A stretch of 64,000 nucleotides of DNA, taken from contig CP145414.1 of assembly GCA_036867785.1 (NCBI GenBank), positions 558,001-622,000 of the forward strand, in the 5' to 3' direction. The translations under genes were made by a program, and so were the position numbers. Below the pieces are notes generated by a model. That model saw only the letters and a program-made list of their open reading frames with translations, was not told the origin of the DNA and did not search any database. Of this stretch, positions 60,682 through 64,000 are shown one piece after another (position 1 is the first letter of the stretch; each line of letters begins with the position of its first letter). Source of the DNA: Plasmodiophora brassicae (taxonomy: Eukaryota).

Positions 60682-63438
60682 ATGCTGAAGATCGGTGGGC
60701 GTCGCGGAAGTATCGGCTCCTATGCAGCGTTCCAGGAACTGCCCGAGAGCTCGTTCGCTCAGGATCCGGACCCGAAGATCGGCCGCGTGTTCTCGAGCAT
60801 GGACGACCACACGATGAGCGTCATCGACACCTTGCGTTACTTGCCGTATAATGTCTGGCCGACGATGTCCTGCCCACCGCCGGTCTCTAACGACGCTCTC
60901 CTTTAGATTGAATCCAGCACGAGGAAATCGTACCCGCTGGCGGCATCGCCGACCTTCGAAGGAGCCGTTGACCTCCAGGCCGCGTCGTCGTTACTACCCA
61001 CCCAGGTCCACGTGCAATACTCTGTGTGCCTAGCTGAGGCTCCACTGACCCAGTCGTTTCGCGCGTAGCAATGGCAGCAGGCGTACGTGGAGGTATCGAA
61101 CGGGACGCTGATGTTCCGTCGCGAGCGCTCGCAGACGCACAACACGGGCAGGTTCCCGATATCGTTCGTGCTATCCACCGATGCGGTGCCACTGGAGGCA
61201 TCTGCAACGGCGACTGGCGCCGATGAGATCAGTTTCTCGATAAGCGACTCAGATGGCAAAGACAACGGCAGCGACGTGGCCCAAAGCATGCAGGCGATCG
61301 CTGAGAAGCGCCGACGCGAATTCGATGTGCACTTCAAGAATCACGCCGACCGCGAGATTGGCGACCACATCGTGAAGGTCGTGACGCCCGACAGCATCGT
61401 GATCATGAAGTGCCAGTCGGAGTCGCAGAAGGTCGACCTGCTGGAAGGGATCGAGAGGAGCCTGAGGCCGCTGGTGGGCGAGGAGATCTGGGCCGACAAG
61501 GTGCAAGCCGCGAAGAAGGTCACGCCGCTCCTGAAGAAGGAGCTGTTCCTACAACGGTACCGCATGGAGACGATCATGACGTGCCTCGCGGAATCGGTAC
61601 GTGGACGAACGAGTCGCCGCGCCGGCTGCTGAACGGTGTGCCACAATAGGGCCTGGCGAACGCGTGTTCGTCCATGCTGGCGTCGTCGTCGAAAAAGTTC
61701 CAGGGCACGGTCGAGGTCAACGAATTCAACATCTCTGGCAACCTGCATGACCGAATGACGTCGAACACGTACTTCATGATCCTCCACGACCAATCCCTGT
61801 AAGATCGGCGCCCGACGAGCGGACCCCGTCTGGACATTTACGTTCATGTCTGGACAGGTACTGGTTTGCATCGTCGAGCGCCCAGCGGCCGACGTCGTTC
61901 CTGGCACTGACGTTCGCATCCGCCGGCCTGGACACGAACGAGATTCGCAACGGTGATCGCGGCATGACTGGTATTCGTCTCGGTGGGTGACGTTCCCGTC
62001 AGGGCGATGGGTCTTTTACGTAAAGACGCCGCTTCGGAAGCTGTCCTTTCGTGCCAAGCATGCGGTGGCCCTATGCGAGTGGCTTCACGGTACGTTCAGT
62101 CGCTTGGCACATGGGCGACAGGTCGGCTTATGCCCTTAATGAACAGAGATCCAGCAGACCATCAACCAGTGCAGGCAGGAAGCCGAACTGGCCAATGCAC
62201 TGAAGGCGGGAATGGAGGCGGCAAGCGCAGCGGGCGACCGTCCCGTAAAGCCGACGCATCGGAAGAAGCAAAGTCTTCTGTCGACGATCCTTCGAGGGCC
62301 CCAGCATCCGCTGGATGCCAAATCGGTCCCGTTGCTGGAGGGCAATGGCGAAGCGAATTCAGCGACGCCGACGACAATGGACATTGCGATGCACCTGTCA
62401 CATATTGTCGACCTTCGCGTGGCCGGGTACACCGTCGACCATTGCATCGAGTCGGAGCCGGCCATGAACGTCTTCGTCAAATTCCTGGATGAGTCCGAGG
62501 AGCGCTGCCTGCTGGAATGCCTGATCGCCATCGACAAATGCATTGCAACGATACCGATCGATCCAGCTGCTGCCAGACAGCTTGTCGATACGGTCGGAGT
62601 CATTGTCGTCCTCGCTCGCTCGCTCTCATGCATCCTTTGCACAGTTTGTATCAAACGGGTCGCCCGATCAATTGCCCCATTTATCGCCGGAGATGGCGTC
62701 GGCGATCGAACGCGACGTCCTTGGGCAGGCGAAGATTCCAGTGACGGTGTTCGACGATCTTCGCCGATGGGTCTCGCCGAAGGTCGACCAGCTGTTTGGC
62801 AAGCTGAAACGGACGGCACAGTTCCGCGCCATGGTGCAACGAGAGGTTGGCGATACCGATTCCGCCAGCCACGACTTCAACAGTACGCCATGCCGTTATC
62901 GCACCATGTTCGGGCTGATCTAATACGGCTGTTACGCATCAGACCCTGTCGATATGGAGCTGGCGTTGCAGATCTCGGTGAAAGGCGAATCGGGCCACCA
63001 GACCTTCGTCCTTGACAGCAAGGCGAACTCGATTACGATTGGACGGGATCCGAGTAACGACGTCATTCTTAGTGATAAGCACGTGTCCAGGTCCCATATC
63101 CGCATTACGTATACGAAGAAACGTACGCGTTGTACCCAACGACTGGCTCTGCTTCCCACCACTGAACAACAACGATGTGATCAGATGCGGAGCTATTCGA
63201 TTTGGGGTCATCAACGGGTGCGACCGTCAACGGCGCCAAGACGCAGCACTGTGCCCTGGTGCCCGGCGACGTCATCGTGATCGGCATAACGTCCATCAAG
63301 TTCGATCTGTACGAATCGCGCGTACGACGCGGCTCCCGATTGGTGTCCGAGATGTTCAGGCGCATGGGCGGCTGGGAGTCGTCCCAGACGAGTCAGGACC
63401 CGCAGGATCGACCCGACAACAATGCGGGTAGTAATTAA
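60682..63438 (+). CDS. PH-PH-RGS-FHA multidomain signalling protein
   Basis: PH-like QWQQAYVEV...MKCQSESQKVDLLEGI; second PH-like YFMILHDQSL|YWF...LSFRAK...EWLH; RGS-like FVKFLDES...LECLIAID...FV.NGSP.QL...VFD; FHA TIGRDPSNDVILSDKHVSRSH...DLGSSTGATVNG...GDVIVIG. Confidence 0.75.
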
Positions 63439-63675
63439 ACACGGCAAGCTTGTCCAGCACCTGCGTCGAAGCGTCCAGCGCGGACTGCCCCACGATACGC
63501 TTGACGGCTGGACGATGGGTCCATCGGTTCGGATTTCGGCTCTCGGCCGGGAACTTGCGGACGGCCCCAGATTTCAAATTGGGCCCCTGTCGTACAGGCA
63601 CTCGTGGAACGCCGCAGGAGGTCATTCATTCCCAATCTACGCAGAGGCACGAGAGAGGACGATTGGACAGCAACC

Positions 63676-63876
63676 ATGAGCGACAAAGGTACGAATACTG
63701 CTAGCCAAGGAAGTGGTGGGACGACATCTGGAGGAGCGGCAAGCGGCCAGAGTGCCGGTCAGGGTCGCGGTGGAGGTGGCGGTACCCATCAGACGTCGGG
63801 TGCTCCGGGTTGCACGGGCGCCGGGTGGCCATCCACAACCGGGAACCCGTCGTTGTCGGTCCGTTGCAGCGCCTGA
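63676..63876 (+). CDS. Small Gly/Ser/Thr-rich protein with GWPSTTGNPS motif
   Basis: ATG in a good context (caaccATG); low-complexity Gly-rich ORF; 3' end uncertain. Confidence 0.4.
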   Translation: MSDKGTNTASQGSGGTTSGGAASGQSAGQGRGGGGGTHQTSGAPGCTGAGWPSTTGNPSLSVRCSA

Positions 63877-64000
63877 ATGCAGACAGCCGCCTGTTGAATA
63901 CACAACTAGTTCCCGCGTTACATACGTCATTGTACGATGCTTCGGCGTGCTCTTTCACAGGTCGTGATTACCGATGCCGTTTATCTCGTACGTTGTTTCC

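Overview
Eukaryotic nuclear DNA: high GC, very gene-dense, with short (~50-70 nt) GT-AG introns and CTGAC/CTAAC-like branch points. The gene set includes flagellar DRC11/IQCA1, a hevein/CBM18 chitin-binding protein, a signal-peptide ankyrin protein and an 'MT-MQIFV' ubiquitin. Together these point to a plasmodiophorid rhizarian such as Plasmodiophora brassicae (inference, not a database result). About 31 protein-coding genes can be reconstructed by splicing the ORF fragments. Housekeeping genes: PHO88/SND3, RFC3, NDUFA1, SPRTN, a USP44/49-like DUB, mRNA guanylyltransferase, actin, UBA52, FAM192A, VPS4, DXO, ABCB10, a STE20 kinase and DRC11. Interspersed with them are many secretory-pathway or effector-like genes: I78 and Kazal protease inhibitors, a bacterial-type O-methyltransferase, a Cys-rich protein, CBM18 and ankyrin proteins. 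The most unusual items are domain architectures I do not recognise as characterised: a PA-domain 7TM receptor-like protein, a PH-PH-RGS-FHA protein, a phosphatidylserine decarboxylase fused to a signal peptide, a luminal domain and ~4 TM helices, and a membrane-tethered TIM-barrel hydrolase-like protein resembling bacterial (Bacteroidetes-type) proteins. No rRNA, tRNA, CRISPR array or intact mobile element was recognised. Exon boundaries are manual predictions.
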